The notes: generated by a model from the sequence alone, not told the origin. A stretch of DNA of 64,000 nt from Octopus vulgaris (GCA_951406725.2 OX597824.1:41540001-41604000), one strand, 5' to 3'. Numbered from the stretch's first letter, positions 39,850 to 53,265 are shown. Translations and numbers: made by a program.

Positions 39850-40845
39850 CTGTGTATCTGTTTGTATGTGTGTATGTGCCTATATATATTTTTCTATGTG
39901 TAGATGTATGTTGTGTCCGCATGTATTTATGTGTTGTTTGTATGTATTTACCAATGTGTGTGCGCGTGTGTGTATGTGTGTGTGTGTATGTACGTGAATG
40001 TGCTTGTGTGTGGAGAGAGGATTGGGTTTATGTGTCCGTATATATTTTAGTGTAAGTTGTGTGTGTATGTGTGAGATCATATTGTGTGTGTGTGTGAGAG
40101 AGAGAGAGTGAGAGAAAGAGAGAGACGTGTTCTGTATATGAGTGTGGATGTGCATGTGTGTGTATGCGCGTGTGTGCCTCTGTGTATGTGTGTGTGTGCG
40201 TGCGTGTGTGTGCGTGTGTGTGCACGTAGTCTTGTGTGTAAATATGTATTTGTATTTAGAGATTTCTATGTGTACGTGTATGTGTGTGTATCTGCATAGA
40301 TACGCGTCGATACCTTTCCGTGCATGCTCGTGCGTGCAGTTAAACATGCATGCTTGCTGCACCATATTCTATTTACATAGGTGTGCACCTGTTTCTAACA
40401 AAGTGTGCATAGGTGCACGAGAAAATGCAAAACCATTACTGGTTTGTTTGTGCATGTGTGTGTATTTCTGTGTGCGTATGTATGTATGTGAGTGGCGTGT
40501 TGTAAATAGATCTTGATGTGCAAATATAAATGTATATGTGTAAACACAATTGTATATGTGTAAATATATTTTGCATATGTGTAAATATATTTTGTATATG
40601 TAAATGCGGAAAAGCGTGGCTTTGTATATATGTACAAAGGCCGTGTGTATAGCTTACGTGGGAAGAGATAGAGCCTCATAACACTGGGACACGGGAGTTG
40701 AAGTAATCAATAGCTGTTACACTATTTATCTCTGCGCCGTGTGAATAACCGAAATGGATCTTCATGGTTCATTCCACTAACCGCTGGCTAGCTGTTACTG
40801 TTGCTGCTGCTGTTGTTGTTGTGGTGGTGGTTGTTGTTGTGCTAT

Positions 40846-41160
40846 AGTGAAGGCACGTGGCTTTCTGGTTAGGGTATTCGGCACACGATCGTAAAGGTCG
40901 TCAGTTCGATACTTGGCAGCGCGTTGTGCCCTTGAAGTAAGACACTGTATTTTACATTGCTCTAGTCCACCCAACTGGCAAAAAATACATAGAGAGTCAG
41001 TCTTGTCACATTCCGTGTCACGATGAATCTCCCTAAGAACTACATTAAGAGCACACATGTCTGTGGAGTTCTCAGCCACTTACACGTTAATTTCACGAGC
41101 AGGCTGTTCCGTTGAACGGATCAACTAGAACACTCATCGTCATAACTGACGGAGTACTAG
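40846..41160 (+). mobile_element. tRNA-derived SINE (GTGAAGGC head), near full length
   Basis: tRNA-like head; tail CTGTGGAGT.CTCAGCCACT..GACGGAG also seen at ~12160-12300. Confidence 0.8.
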
Positions 41161-41238
41161 TCTTGTTGTGCCTTTGTTGTTTAGATCCGCTTTAAAGCGG
41201 ACTAATGAAGTCAAAGATGTTCTAGTTGTGATCAATCC

Positions 41239-41274
<36 letters not shown>

Positions 41275-41532
41275 TTCTAGAATTACATTATGCAGTATGT
41301 CCTTCCTTATTTTAAGACATTATGATGTGACTTGCATTGAATTAAGGTGAGTGAACGACCTGCATCCAAATATGAAATCTAAGCACTGATAAAACCTAGA
41401 AAAAAGAAAACAAGAAAAAAGAAAAAAGATAGTGAAAGTCTAATCCTTAAAAGCAAAGCAGGGATAAAATATAATTTGTGCTTCGTAAGATGTTTGCTTC
41501 TCAGCCACAAGATTCCGGATTCAGTCCCAATG

Positions 41533-42157
41533 TGTTTTTTGCCAATAGGGAAAGAGCAGGTTTCTAACCTAGATCCAAGTCTCCTTTACTGGAATTTTAG
41601 CATCACCAGGGTGTGTATGAATGAATGTATGGATGCATGCATACATGCATACATACATACATACATACATACATACATACATACATACATACATACATAC
41701 ATGCATGTATGTGTGTATGTATGTATGTATAGTGCAGATTTGTATGTTTTGTTTCTCATACATATAGCTGCATATCTAGACATGCTGATATATACTTAAA
41801 TGATAAACTTCTGGAAAGCTTTCCAGATTTTTACAGTTCCAGTGATGGCTTGGATCGGTGGTCTTCGAATCAGCTGTCGCCTCTCTGGTTTTGAGAAGCC
41901 TAATTTCTCAAGATTGGCATTTGGTCAGTGCCCAATAATTACAGGTATAAACCTGAACTTGTAATCTGAATAGAGTAACTGCAGATTCTTTAATAGTTCA
42001 GCGTAGGTATTTTCTTTTCCCCTCATCTTTAGCTTTATGTTAATGTCCACTGCGGAGCTGATTTACACAACTGTACCTTCCATCTTAAATTACTATGTCA
42101 GGTCTATTAGGTGTACAGCTTATTGAGGTTTTCACAGGGTCATTCCACCAGTACTCC
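41533..42157 (-). mobile_element. R4-clade (TACA)n-associated family, subfamily B, 5'-truncated
   Basis: EYWWN..NRPDIVI..KENTYAELLRNLQLLYSDYKFRFIPVIIG..QAITGTVKI.KAFQKFII*; joins (GTAT)n at 42158. Confidence 0.9.
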
Positions 42158-42239
42158 GTATGTATGTATGTATGTATGTATGTATGTATGTATGTATGTA
42201 TGTATGTATGTATGTATGTATGTATGTATGTATGTATGG

Positions 42240-42425
42240 ATAATTCACGAAAAAAAAAAACAAAAGACGAAGATAGATTGTGTAGAAAACAAACAGATGT
42301 ATTAGTATAACGCTCGGGAATTGAAAAACTCTTTTACGTTTCGAGCCTACGCTTTTCCACAGAAAGGAACACAGAAAGAAACAAGGAGAGAAAAAAATGT
42401 ATGTAGTGGCTAACGATCTATCATG
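42240..42425 (-). mobile_element. Short Penelope-like non-autonomous repeat with mini hammerhead-like motif
   Basis: Minus strand CTTTCTGTGGAAAAGCGTAGGCTCGAAACGTAAAAG; homologous to 48555-48730 and 53760-53950. Confidence 0.65.
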
Positions 42426-42529
42426 TATATATGTATGTGTGTGTATGTATGTAAGTATAATGTAGGTATGTATGCATGAATGTATGCAGGTTCGTATGTA
42501 TGTATACATACAAGCATTTATGTATGTAT

Positions 42530-43241
42530 ATGTTTGTCTTCTGTTTTTAATAATTTAAATTCATTCTCTGGAGAAGGAGCTGCTTTCTAACAAAGATACA
42601 AAGCTCCACCATTGAACCGTAGATTTCGAAAACAATGTCACATTTTTAACCTGAGAAAGGTCTTGCATAATTTTACTGTTCCACATCTAGATTGTATTTG
42701 TAACGTTCGAGTCAGTTGGTTAATTTCTTTTTCTAAAAATCCAAACTTATCAAGACTGACGGTTAGCCATTTACTTACAAAGGCAAGTGCTCAAATCATT
42801 ATTGGTATACTCTTTTACTCTTTTACTTGTTTCAGTCATTTGACTGCGGCCATGCTGGAGCACCGCCTTTAGTCGAGCAAATCGACCCCGGGACTTATTC
42901 TTTGTAAGCCCAGTACTTATTCTATCGGTCTCTTTTGCCGAACCGCTAAGTGACGGGGACGTAAAGACACCAGCATCGGTTGTCAAGCAATGCTAGGGGG
43001 ACAAACACAGACACACAAACATATACACACACACTTATATATATATACATATATACGACAGGCTTCTTTCAGTTTCCGTCTATCAAATCGACTCACAGGG
43101 TATTGATCGGCCCGGGGATATAGCAGAAGACACTTGCCCAAGATGCCACGCAGTGGGACTGAACCCAGAACCATGTGGTTGGTTAGCAAGCTACTTACCA
43201 CACAGCCACTCCTGCGCCTAAAATGTAAATTTGTAATCTAG
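42530..43241 (-). mobile_element. R4-clade (TACA)n-associated family, subfamily A, interrupted by a SINE
   Basis: YLDYKFTF (43221-43244) resumes after the SINE as IPIMI*ALAFVSK..IQSRCGTVKLCKTFL; (GTAT)n from 43242. Confidence 0.85.
42810..43218 (-). mobile_element. Full-length CORE-type SINE (octopus OR-like)
   Basis: GGCGCAGGAGTGGCTGTGTGGTAAG head, CTTGGGCAAGTGTCTT CORE motif, GTAAAAGA repeat tail; TA on both sides. Confidence 0.92.
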
Positions 43242-43463
43242 GTATGTATGTATGTATGTATGTATGTATGTATGTATGTATGTATGTATGTATGTATGTA
43301 TGTATGTATGTATGTATGTATGTACGTGCATGTACGTATATGTGTGCGTTTCACGTGATTTCTGGTTATCTCGCTTCGGCCTGTTAATAGACACTAATCA
43401 CAGAAAATCAGAAAGTGGCATTCGTGTTGTACAAGCGTTTATCACTGTAATCTAATGACATAC

Positions 43464-43670
43464 AGATGTCTCTTTGTGGTGACCTTGTTTGTCATTCCAT
43501 CTCCTGTAAGTCCTGTGGCGATCGAAGAGTCGCGACGTGTGCAAATCTAAGCAACTGGAACCGCACAGGCATGCAGGTCTGCAGTGCAACTCCATAGCAA
43601 TCTGAGAGGTCATGGACGGAAAGTCAGTAATGCCATTGACAACGAAGAAGCAAAAGGAGACAGCAATTAT
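43464..43670 (-). CDS. Candidate 207-nt phase 0/0 coding exon (IIAVSFCFFVVNG...CRPACLCGSSC...KETS)
   Basis: cttcacag| acceptor and |gtatgt donor; only phase 0 is open (69 codons); unique, more GC-rich island; no family recognised. Confidence 0.35.
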
Positions 43671-43938
43671 CTGTGAAGATGACGTAATCACTATGTATGT
43701 ATGTGTGTATGTATGTATGTATGTATGTATGTATGTATGTATGTATGTATGTATGTATGTATGTATGTATGTATGTGTGTGTGTGTGTGTATGTATGCAT
43801 GCATGTGTGTATGTATGCATGCATGTGTGTATGTATGCATGTATGTATTATATGTTTATGCATGCATGTATGTGTATGTATATATGTGTGTATATGTATA
43901 TATATGTATGTATGTAGGTAGGTACGTATGTATATACC

Positions 43939-43976
<38 letters not shown>

Positions 43977-44394
43977 GGTATGTATGAATGTACGTATGTA
44001 TGTTTAAATATGTGTATGTATGTATGTACGTATGTATGTATGTATGTATTATATGTATGTATTATGTATGCATGTATGTATATATGCTCGTATGTGTGTA
44101 TATATGTATGTAAATAAACCTGAGAGAGTGGCAAAGTGTTTTACGAGCTTTTGTCACTTAAATCCGGTGACGTACAGATGTCCAACTGTCATTTAATTTC
44201 TTGGTCTGATGAGAGTAAACCAGAACAATCAGACTGAATGTGAGACTGCTATCATCTGACAAAATGAAGCAATCATCGTGATGAACATCATAATCATCAT
44301 GATCGTCATGATTATCAATATTATCAGCATCATCATCATGTATGTACGTACGTACGTACGTAAATATGTATATATGCATGTACATGAGTGTTTA

Positions 44395-44806
44395 TGCCAT
44401 TATTCAGTTTTATTTCAAGATTTCTTGCCAATGGAGAAAGAGCTTGTTTCTAACCTAGATCCAAGGCTCCTTCATTGGAATTTCAACAACATCAACTGGG
44501 TATTTTCTGTATGAATGTATCTATATGTTCAGGTTCGTATATTTTGTTTTATGTATGTATTCTTATGCATATAGTCGCTTGTCTTGACATGCTCATATAT
44601 ACTTAAATGATAAACTTCTGAAAAGCTTTACAGATTTTTATGGTACCAGTGATGGCTTGGATCTTCAGTCTTCGAATCAGCTTTCTCTTTTCTGGTTTTG
44701 AGAAGACTAATTTCTCAAGATTTGTATTTAGGTAGTTTGTTGCATATTCCAGTGCTCCCCCCCCACAAATTACAGGTATAAACCTGAACTTGTAATCTGG
44801 ATAAAG
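44395..44806 (-). mobile_element. R4-clade (TACA)n-associated family, subfamily B, with 3' end
   Basis: LYPDYKFRFIPVI..LEKLVFSKPEKRKLIRRLKIQAITGTIKICKAFQKFII*; minus-strand AATAAA at ~44410; 5' junction in GTATGTATG. Confidence 0.9.
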
Positions 44807-44812
44807 TATGTA

Positions 44813-44903
<91 letters not shown>

Positions 44904-45059
44904 GCATGCATATGAATGTGTGTGTGTGAATGTAGGTAGGTAGAGAGATAAGTTCGAACAGGTAAGTGCAAAACACAAATCTCTTATTCTTCATATAAAC
45001 GTACTTTCATCTTGTTAAATATCATACCGTGAACTTTGATAATTCTTTCTGATTTTGTA

Positions 45060-45330
45060 ACAAGGCCAGCAATCTTGTCGTGCGAGGGAAGTTAATTACA
45101 TCGATACCCGTGCTCATCTGGTACTTAAAATGAAGTATGTCTGATATTTTTAATATATTTTTCTTTATGTGTTTCTTTACTGCCCTCAAGGGGCTAAACA
45201 CAGAGGGGACATACAAGGACAGACAAACGGATTAAGTAGATGACATCTACCCCAGTGCGTAACTGGTACTTAATTTATCGACCCCGAAAGGATGAAAGGC
45301 AAAGTCGACATCGGCGGAATTTGAACTCAG
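45060..45330 (-). mobile_element. Meta-type SINE pieces
   Basis: TCGACCCCGAAAGGATGAAAGGCAAAGTCGAC core. Confidence 0.85.
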
Positions 45331-45846
45331 AGATAAAAACAGCAGATAGACAGATAGGCAGAATGACTTTCAGACAGACGAACAAATAGACAAATAGACA
45401 GGCAGGTAGACAGACATTGATACGGAGAGAAAACCACGGTTGTGTTGGAACTTGCATAATTGTCCCCAGAGTATCTTGCCTCATTGGTTTCACTTTGCAA
45501 TTAATTAGATTGATCTAGCGATGGGTGGGTGGAAAAAAGAAGTGTAACGGGGTTGGGGAGTAGTAGTGGTAGTAGTATCAAACTTAATTGTGGTAGTTAT
45601 GATGATGATGGCAGTGGCGCTAGTAGTGGTAGCCATAGAGATGATGGTTGTGGCTGTGGTGGAGTTGGTGGTTGTTGTGGAATTGTTTGAGGTAGAAGAG
45701 ATGGTGGTGATTATGGTAGGAGCGGTGGTGGTGATGGTGGTGTTGGTGATGGTGGTGTTGGTGGTGATGGTGTTGGTGGTGATGGTGTTGGTAGTGATGG
45801 TACTGATATGGCAGCGGTGATGGTATAGTGAGACTGGGTCGGTATT

Positions 45847-46009
<163 letters not shown>

Positions 46010-46522
46010 ATACTAGTAGTATTAGTAGTAAGAGTTGGGTGTTCGTTGTGACTCGGGTGGCAGAGATGGTATTAATAGTATGGTCGGGTGGTGGTTGTGG
46101 TGGTGCAGCAGATGATCGACAGGGTGGCAGTAACGGTGGTTGTGTAGTGCGGTGGTTGCGTAGTGTGGTGGTTGTATAGCGTGATGGTTGTGGTGATTTT
46201 GCTACAAGCTGTTAGCTGTGGCATCGATGTTGTTGTACAACCCCAAGTCAATCATGTCAAGAAGACCTATGACCACATGTTTACGTGCAATCCAGCCTTT
46301 AACATACCGTCTTTTATTGACTACATTTTCTTACATGTCCTGTATGTATGTCCGTGTATGTATGCATGTATGTATAAATGTATGTATGCATGCATGTATG
46401 TATAAATGTATGTATACATGTATGTTTCTATGCATGTATGCATATATGTATGTATGCATATATGTATGTATGAATGTATGTTTCACATTTAAAGGTTTTC
46501 CTACATCTGAATGTACACGAAC

Positions 46523-46598
<76 letters not shown>

Positions 46599-46788
46599 CA
46601 CAGAGAGAGTGAAAGTGCGTGGCTTAGTCGTTCTGATCTTCATTTCACGTTATTCCAGTCGACTCATCTGGCAAAAATGAGTAATCATGTGACTGACCGT
46701 CCATGGAAACCGGAAAACCGGTCCTATGAGTCTAAATGACTTGGGAAGGAACTTTATCCATTTTATCTTTAAAATATATATAGATATA

Positions 46789-46951
46789 GACGCAGGCGTG
46801 GCTGTCTGTTAAGAAGCTTGCTTCCCAACCACATGGTTCCGAGTTCAGCCCTATTGCGTGACACCTTGGGAAAGTGTCTTCTACTATGGTCTCGGGCCGA
46901 CAAAAGCCTTGTGAGTGGATTTAGTAGACGAAAACTGACAGAGGCCCGTCG

Positions 46952-47011
<60 letters not shown>

Positions 47012-47230
47012 GTGTATGTGTGTGTTTATCTGTGTTTGTCCCCCACCCCATCATCTCTGGACAATCGATATTGGTGTATTTACAATCCCGTAACTTAAAC
47101 CGAAAATAAATACTAGCCGTATAATAAGTCCTGGGGTCGATTTGTTCGACTAAAAACCCCTTAAGGCGATGCCCCAGCATTGCCGCAGTCAAATGACCGA
47201 AATAAGCAAAAGAATAAAAGAATAAAAGAG
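46789..47230 (+). mobile_element. Full-length CORE-type SINE
   Basis: Head, CORE motif, internal (TA)n, AAAAGAAT tail. Confidence 0.9.
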
Positions 47231-48176
47231 TATGTCTTTTTTCAGTTCACTTCACATTTCGTTACTCAGAGTTTTTTTGCAAACAAACATATAAGAACTC
47301 ATTGAAATTCCGAGTTATGCTGCTTCTGTCGCTATATAAATGCACCATGACCAATGCCCTGACGCATGATCCTTACTTCTCCACATCAGATCTCAAATGT
47401 TACTTGATACCAGCTAACAAAGGAACACATGACTGCCACTTGAACCCCGTAGAAAGAGCAACCAAATATCTGTAAATAAAAATGACATTAGCTTAAAAGC
47501 AAAGCATGCCTTGAACAGTGGACAGTCATAGCTAGAACATATGAACATATGAGTGGACGGTCATAGCTAGAACATCTTTTATAATAGGTCTACTCAAACA
47601 GTGCTGATTTGCGGCTAAATGGTAACAAAAAGGAATAAGTATAGGAGAATTCATTCAATAGAATAAGAACATTAAAACAACATGCGCAAACAACCTCAGT
47701 CTCTTGCAGCCTCAAACATTCAGGGATTTACTCTTTCAGCCACTAGACATTTGGGGGTGGAGGACAAATATATGAGATGTATTGTTCATAAAGGCACGAT
47801 CATTTTAAAAAAACAATTACCCCCCTTCTACACACACAAAGTATTGTTCAACCGGGGACGGAATATGTGTAGCACATGGTTCTAGAAGAAAGTATCCTGG
47901 ATTGAAATTGAAACACAAACCACACGGTCATTCCTGCAGCCGGCGATTGTTTGCAATTTGATACTGCCCAGTGCTCTTCGCCGCGGTAAATGAAACTATT
48001 ATAGATGGTAGCAGATATTCTCAGCCAAAAAGAGAACATATCTTATTCGCAAGAATTTCAAATCCTTTTCTGGTAGTCAGACATTTTATACGTCTCTAAA
48101 TCCAATTCAGAATTTGATAAACTTCTTGCTTCAAACCATGATGCCTCAAATATTGATTTCAGTTATTCATTTAGGC

Positions 48177-48400
48177 CAGGGGCTCTCAACCAATTTTTCT
48201 TATCTATGGACTCCTTTGATTACTATTTTAATCTGGTGGATCTCCATAACCATTCGATGTTTAAAAACTAGTATTATAGAAACCTCTATCAAAATTCTTA
48301 TATTGTTTTTCACACATTAACTTGTGAAAATATTAGAGAAAGGAACGGAAAATTACATAGAAATAAGTATGCCGGTAGTAATGAAATATTTTGTGGAACT
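48177..48400 (+). mobile_element. hAT-like MITE end
   Basis: CAGGGGCTCTCAACC resembles hAT TIRs; partner end not found. Confidence 0.4.
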
Positions 48401-48441
48401 GAATGGCAGAGTTGTATATATATATATATATATATATAGAT

Positions 48442-48543
<102 letters not shown>

Positions 48544-48554
48544 CGATCGATCGC

Positions 48555-48730
48555 TAGCGACTACACATTCATTATTTTCTCTCTTTGTTTCTTTCTGTGT
48601 TCCTTTGAGGAAGAGCGTAGGCTCGAAATGTTAAAGACTTTTTCACTTCCCGAACTTTATACTAATACATCTGTTTGTTGTCTACACCACCTGTCTTCGT
48701 CTTTTGTTTTTTTTTTGTGAATTCTCCCTA
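48555..48730 (+). mobile_element. Short Penelope-like repeat with mini hammerhead-like motif
   Basis: GAAGAGCGTAGGCTCGAAATGTTAAAG; between (GATA)n and (TA)n. Confidence 0.65.
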
Positions 48731-49732
48731 TATATATATATTATTAATCGAAAGTAATTTTGATTGAGGATTGTTTATTTTGAGAGTCTTGCATAATTTA
48801 TGAATGGCATTGTTGAGTAAGCGAACTTTACAATTTCCCCAGGCCGCAACATAGTAAGATAATTTTGAGTATATTAAAGAATAATAAAGAGTGATTCTAA
48901 CATTTTCGGGAAGAAGGTAAGACCGGTTCGGTTTTGTTGGGTCTGTCTTGTTGCATAAAATTCCAGAAGCAATTTGCTCTGAAGATTAAACTCTGTAGTA
49001 AAAGATTGTCATATATTTGGTGGTCATCCATCAATATTTTATAATGCATGGCACTTCTCTGAAACAGGAAGGAGAATTTGGTTTTACCTTTGCCATCATG
49101 TGTGCAGTTTTGTCAAGAGACAACATAGACGTTTGTTAAGTTCGAGAGTGGGTGAGTGAGTGAGTGAGTGAGTGAGAGTGTGAGTGAGAGTGTGAGTGAG
49201 TGAAGGAAAGAAATAGGAGTGAGAAGGAGAGAAGTGAGGATTGTTTATATATTGCTTCGCCATTTCTAACGACTGTTGTTGCTTGCCAAGTTTTTTTTTA
49301 TTCATTTGACGTTGTAGTCTCACTTAAACTGGCAACAAAACATAAAAATGCATAAGTCAAATGGTTGAATCAATAGATCGATAGATACATGTGGAATTAT
49401 CTAGAGAGTTTGGTGAACGGGTAAACGGAGAAACAGATAGATAAATACACAGGATCGACCGACATGTTGTTAGATTGATTGATGAGGTAATTAAGCAGTA
49501 AGAAAGATAAAGACACAGATAGACATAGATGTAGGTAAACGTAGGTGATTGTTTCCCATTAAAAGAGAAGCCCTGGGTAACAACGGACGGAGTCAATGAC
49601 CGGATTCTTACGAATAAAAATCCTCTCAACAAGTATTGAGTAGTCTTTCCTCTCGCTTGTTAAAAAAGGTTGTGTCTGAATGTAGGCTTACAAAGTCCTG
49701 GGGTCCATTAAACAAGTAAAAGAATGAAAGAA

Positions 49733-49777
<45 letters not shown>

Positions 49778-49798
49778 GAAACAAGTAAAAGAATGAAA

Positions 49799-49842
<44 letters not shown>

Positions 49843-49859
49843 GAGAGCACACTCCAGTT

Positions 49860-50440
49860 TAACCGCGAATATTGCATAATTTTTCACATGGATTCATTTA
49901 CGTGCAATGGCATTAAAAACGAAGTTCTACTGAAGCAATTGTAACTAATAAAATGTAGTTGTTCTAAATTCATTCTTTACCCATTGGTAAAGATGAATGC
50001 GAAAAAGAAAACAACTACGCAGGACTACTAACAAATTTACAGCTGCTCTACTGGGATTACAAGTTCAGATTTATACCTGTAATTATTGGGGCACTAAAAT
50101 ATTGTAACAAACTGAATCAGCGCCAATCTACAGAAATTAAGTTTCTCAAAACCAGAAAAAGAAAACAGCTAATTAGAAGATTACAAATACAAACCATGAA
50201 CTGAACTGTCAAAATATGTACAACTTTCCAAAGCTTAGAATTTAAGTATATATGCGCATGTCTAGACATGCAGCTATATCTATGAGAACACATGCGTGAA
50301 ACAAAATACACAAATTTGCAATTCTCTGACTCTAACTATTGCACACATGCACACTAGCATGCACAAATACCTTGTTGTTGTTGCTTAAAATTCCAATGAA
50401 GGAAGTTTTGATGAAGGTTAGAAACCGGTTCTTTTTATAT
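49860..50440 (+). mobile_element. R4-clade family subfamily B, older copy
   Basis: EKENNYAGLLTNLQLLYWDYKFRFIPVIIGAL; 3' UTR TTCCAATGAAGG..GGTTAGAAAC matches the 44395 copy. Confidence 0.82.
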
Positions 50441-50442
50441 TC

Positions 50443-50785
50443 GCTGGGCAAGTGTCTTCTTCTATAGCCTTTGGGCAAGTGTCTTCTTCTATAGCCTCAG
50501 GCCGACCAAAGCCTTGTGAGTGGATTTGGTAGACGGAAACTGAAAGAAGCCTGTCGTGTATATATATATATGTGTGTGCTTATGTGTCTGTGTTTGTCCT
50601 CCCAACATCGCTTGACAGCCGATGCTGGTGTGTTCAAGTCCCCGTAACTTAGCGGTTCGGCAAAAGAGACCGATAGAATAAGTACTGTCCTGGGGTGGAT
50701 TTGCTCGACTAAAGGCGGTGCTCCTGCATGGCCGCAGTCAAATGACTGAAACAAGTAATAGAGTAAAAGAGTAAAGAGTAAAAGA
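50443..50785 (+). mobile_element. 5'-truncated CORE-type SINE with 26-bp tandem duplication at its start
   Basis: TGGGCAAGTGTCTTCTTCTATAGCCT twice, then body and GTAAAAGA tail. Confidence 0.9.
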
Positions 50786-51268
50786 GACAATTACGATGTA
50801 AGTGAATGGGGGGGGGGGAGAGAAGGCGAGAAAGAAGGAGAGAAAAAGGAGAGATAGAAAGAGAAAGAAATATTAGAGAGAGGAGAGCATGAGTGAATGA
50901 ATGGGAAGGAATATTTAAAGGAAATAAAGGAAGACTAAATAATCGAAATGAATAAACAAGATAAATGAAGGAAAGAAGCAGAAACATGGGGAAAAAAAGA
51001 AAGAAGGAAAGAAGCAGAAGATCTCTAAATGGACGGCTATCAAATTTCTTTGCTATTCTTACCGGTAAACAGGCATCATGGCGATATTTTCAAGTCGCCA
51101 TTGTGTCCTGGACAGCAGCAGCAGCAGTAGCAGCAGCAGCAGCAACAGGATTACAAAAATAAAAATATAAGAATCATTAGTAGCAGCAATATTAGAATCA
51201 CTATCATTTCTTTCGCGATGACGATGATGATGATGAGGATCCTCTTCCTCCTCCTCCTCCTCCTCCTT

Positions 51269-51328
<60 letters not shown>

Positions 51329-51543
51329 GTCATCATCATTGTCGTCGTCGTCGTCGTCTTCTTCGTCGTGACAAAATCATTACCACCACCACCACCACCA
51401 CCACTACCACCACAACTACTGTCATCATTGTCGTGGTTGTTATCAGCACCGTCTCTACCGTCATCTCCACGCCCCATCACAAGCAGCAACGCCGCAGCTG
51501 CCGTCATCACTTTCAAGCCACAACCGTCACTACCACTACTCTT

Positions 51544-51574
<31 letters not shown>

Positions 51575-51934
51575 CACCACCATCATCATCATCTCTCATC
51601 ATCTTTCGTCGTCATAATCATCTTTCATCGTCGTCGTCATCATCATCATCATTATCATCATCATCATCATCATCGATTTCGACTGCGAAGCTGTCGTCAA
51701 GAATAAGAAAACTCTCTTATCAATAAATTTTCGATTAAGCACAATGGCAATATACGAAAAAATACCTTTCTAACATTATTTCTTTGAAATTCTCTGTCCT
51801 TAACCACACGCGCGCTATATACATACATGCATGAATGCATGAATGCATGCATACATACATACATACATACATACATACATACATACAAACATGGATACAT
51901 ACATACATATATGCATATATATGTAAATGTGTAA

Positions 51935-52250
51935 ATCATATCACCGTGATCACCGTGATCGACCAGGCTATCAGATGTTACTATACATCGCTGGTCACAA
52001 TGCGCTTCGCATTGTTTTAGCCTTCAAATTACGCCACTCCACTGGCTAAGCGAGCAGGCCAACAGAAAAAAGAGTGAGAGAAAGTTGTGGCGAAAGAGTA
52101 CAGCAGAGATCACCACTACCCCCTGCTGGAACCTTGTGGAACTTTAGGTGTTTTCGCTCAATAAACACTCACAAAGCCCGGTCTGGGAATCACAACCACG
52201 ATCCTACAACCATGAGTCCGCTGCTCTAACCACTGGGCCATTCCGTCTCC
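51935..52250 (-). mobile_element. tRNA-derived SINE (TGGCCCAGTGG head family)
   Basis: Reverse complement of the 19097/33681 head plus body. Confidence 0.85.
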
Positions 52251-52390
52251 ACATATATGCATATATATATGTATATAATATGAATTAGAGATAAAACCAC
52301 TATTATGCAACTCAAACAGTGATAGACATAAACCAATACATAAATAACAAATAATATAAATATAATTAATATAATATATAATATAATATA

Positions 52391-52451
<61 letters not shown>

Positions 52452-52492
52452 AAAGTATAAAAAGAATTATAAATATAATATAATAAGTAAAA

Positions 52493-52596
52493 ACACTACG
52501 TACGTTTCACGGCTATAATTAAATTCGAATTACAATTAAGTTTAAATCCAATTGAAATATATTCGAACAAAAATTATAGTCAATCTTCAAGTTAAT
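52493..52596 (-). ncRNA. Degenerate hammerhead-like motif with long stem II (Penelope-like remnant)
   Basis: Minus strand UUGAAGA, stem UGACUAUAAUU/AAUUAUAGCCG, GAAA CGUACG UA; stem I poor. Confidence 0.45.
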
Positions 52597-52680
52597 GATA
52601 ATAGTTAAATAAATAAGACAATAGAGTTAAACAATATTTTTTAAGAAATAAATAAAATAATAATTTTTCTTATAAAAAAA

Positions 52681-53004
52681 CTCCAAACTGTCATTACTTT
52701 CGAGGCAGTATTTCTTGATACATCAAACATTTCGGCCGTTTTCGTTACAATAGTGTCTGCCATACGAGCACCAACAATTTGACCTCTTTGAAAGTCCGAT
52801 AGATCTGCCATTTTAATGAATTATAATTACCTTTTTCTGATGATATCTGAAAAGAAACAACAATTTTAGCAAAACATATTAAGCAACAATAATAATAAAT
52901 AAAAAAAACATACAAAATAAACAAGCCTTTGACAAGGTTTTATAGATATTTCAAAATTATGATGCTATGATGCTAGGTGCTTCCATTATTTTGTCCAACC
53001 CCTG
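52681..53004 (-). mobile_element. Tc1-like transposon 5' end with transposase N-terminus
   Basis: TA|CAGGGGTTGGACAAAATAATGG TIR; ATG at 52811 gives MADLSDFQRGQIVGARMA..TKTAEMFDVSRNTASKV (paired-like HTH). Confidence 0.88.
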
Positions 53005-53200
53005 TATATGCATATATATGTATATTGTATATATATTTTGATATATTTTATTTAGTAGAAGTAACAGAGTGACTCAAGGTCCGAGAGATTCGTGCATTGG
53101 CACTTGAAAAGTGATTAGTTAATCTGTTACTTCTGCTAAATATTAATAGAAATATACATATACTCATATTTTGAGTTGCATTTTTCCTGTTTGCCTCAAC

Positions 53201-53265
<65 letters not shown>

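Noticed and set aside
43465-43596. Plus-strand Cys-rich small ORF MSLCGDLVCHSISCKSC...
   Set aside because: 43 codons, weak acceptor context; the minus-strand exon reading fits better
44200-44260. CTGATGA as a hammerhead core
   Set aside because: No stem II closing on GAAA and no stem I
49708-49842. Tandem duplication of a SINE tail plus (TA)n
   Set aside because: Ordinary slippage or assembly stutter
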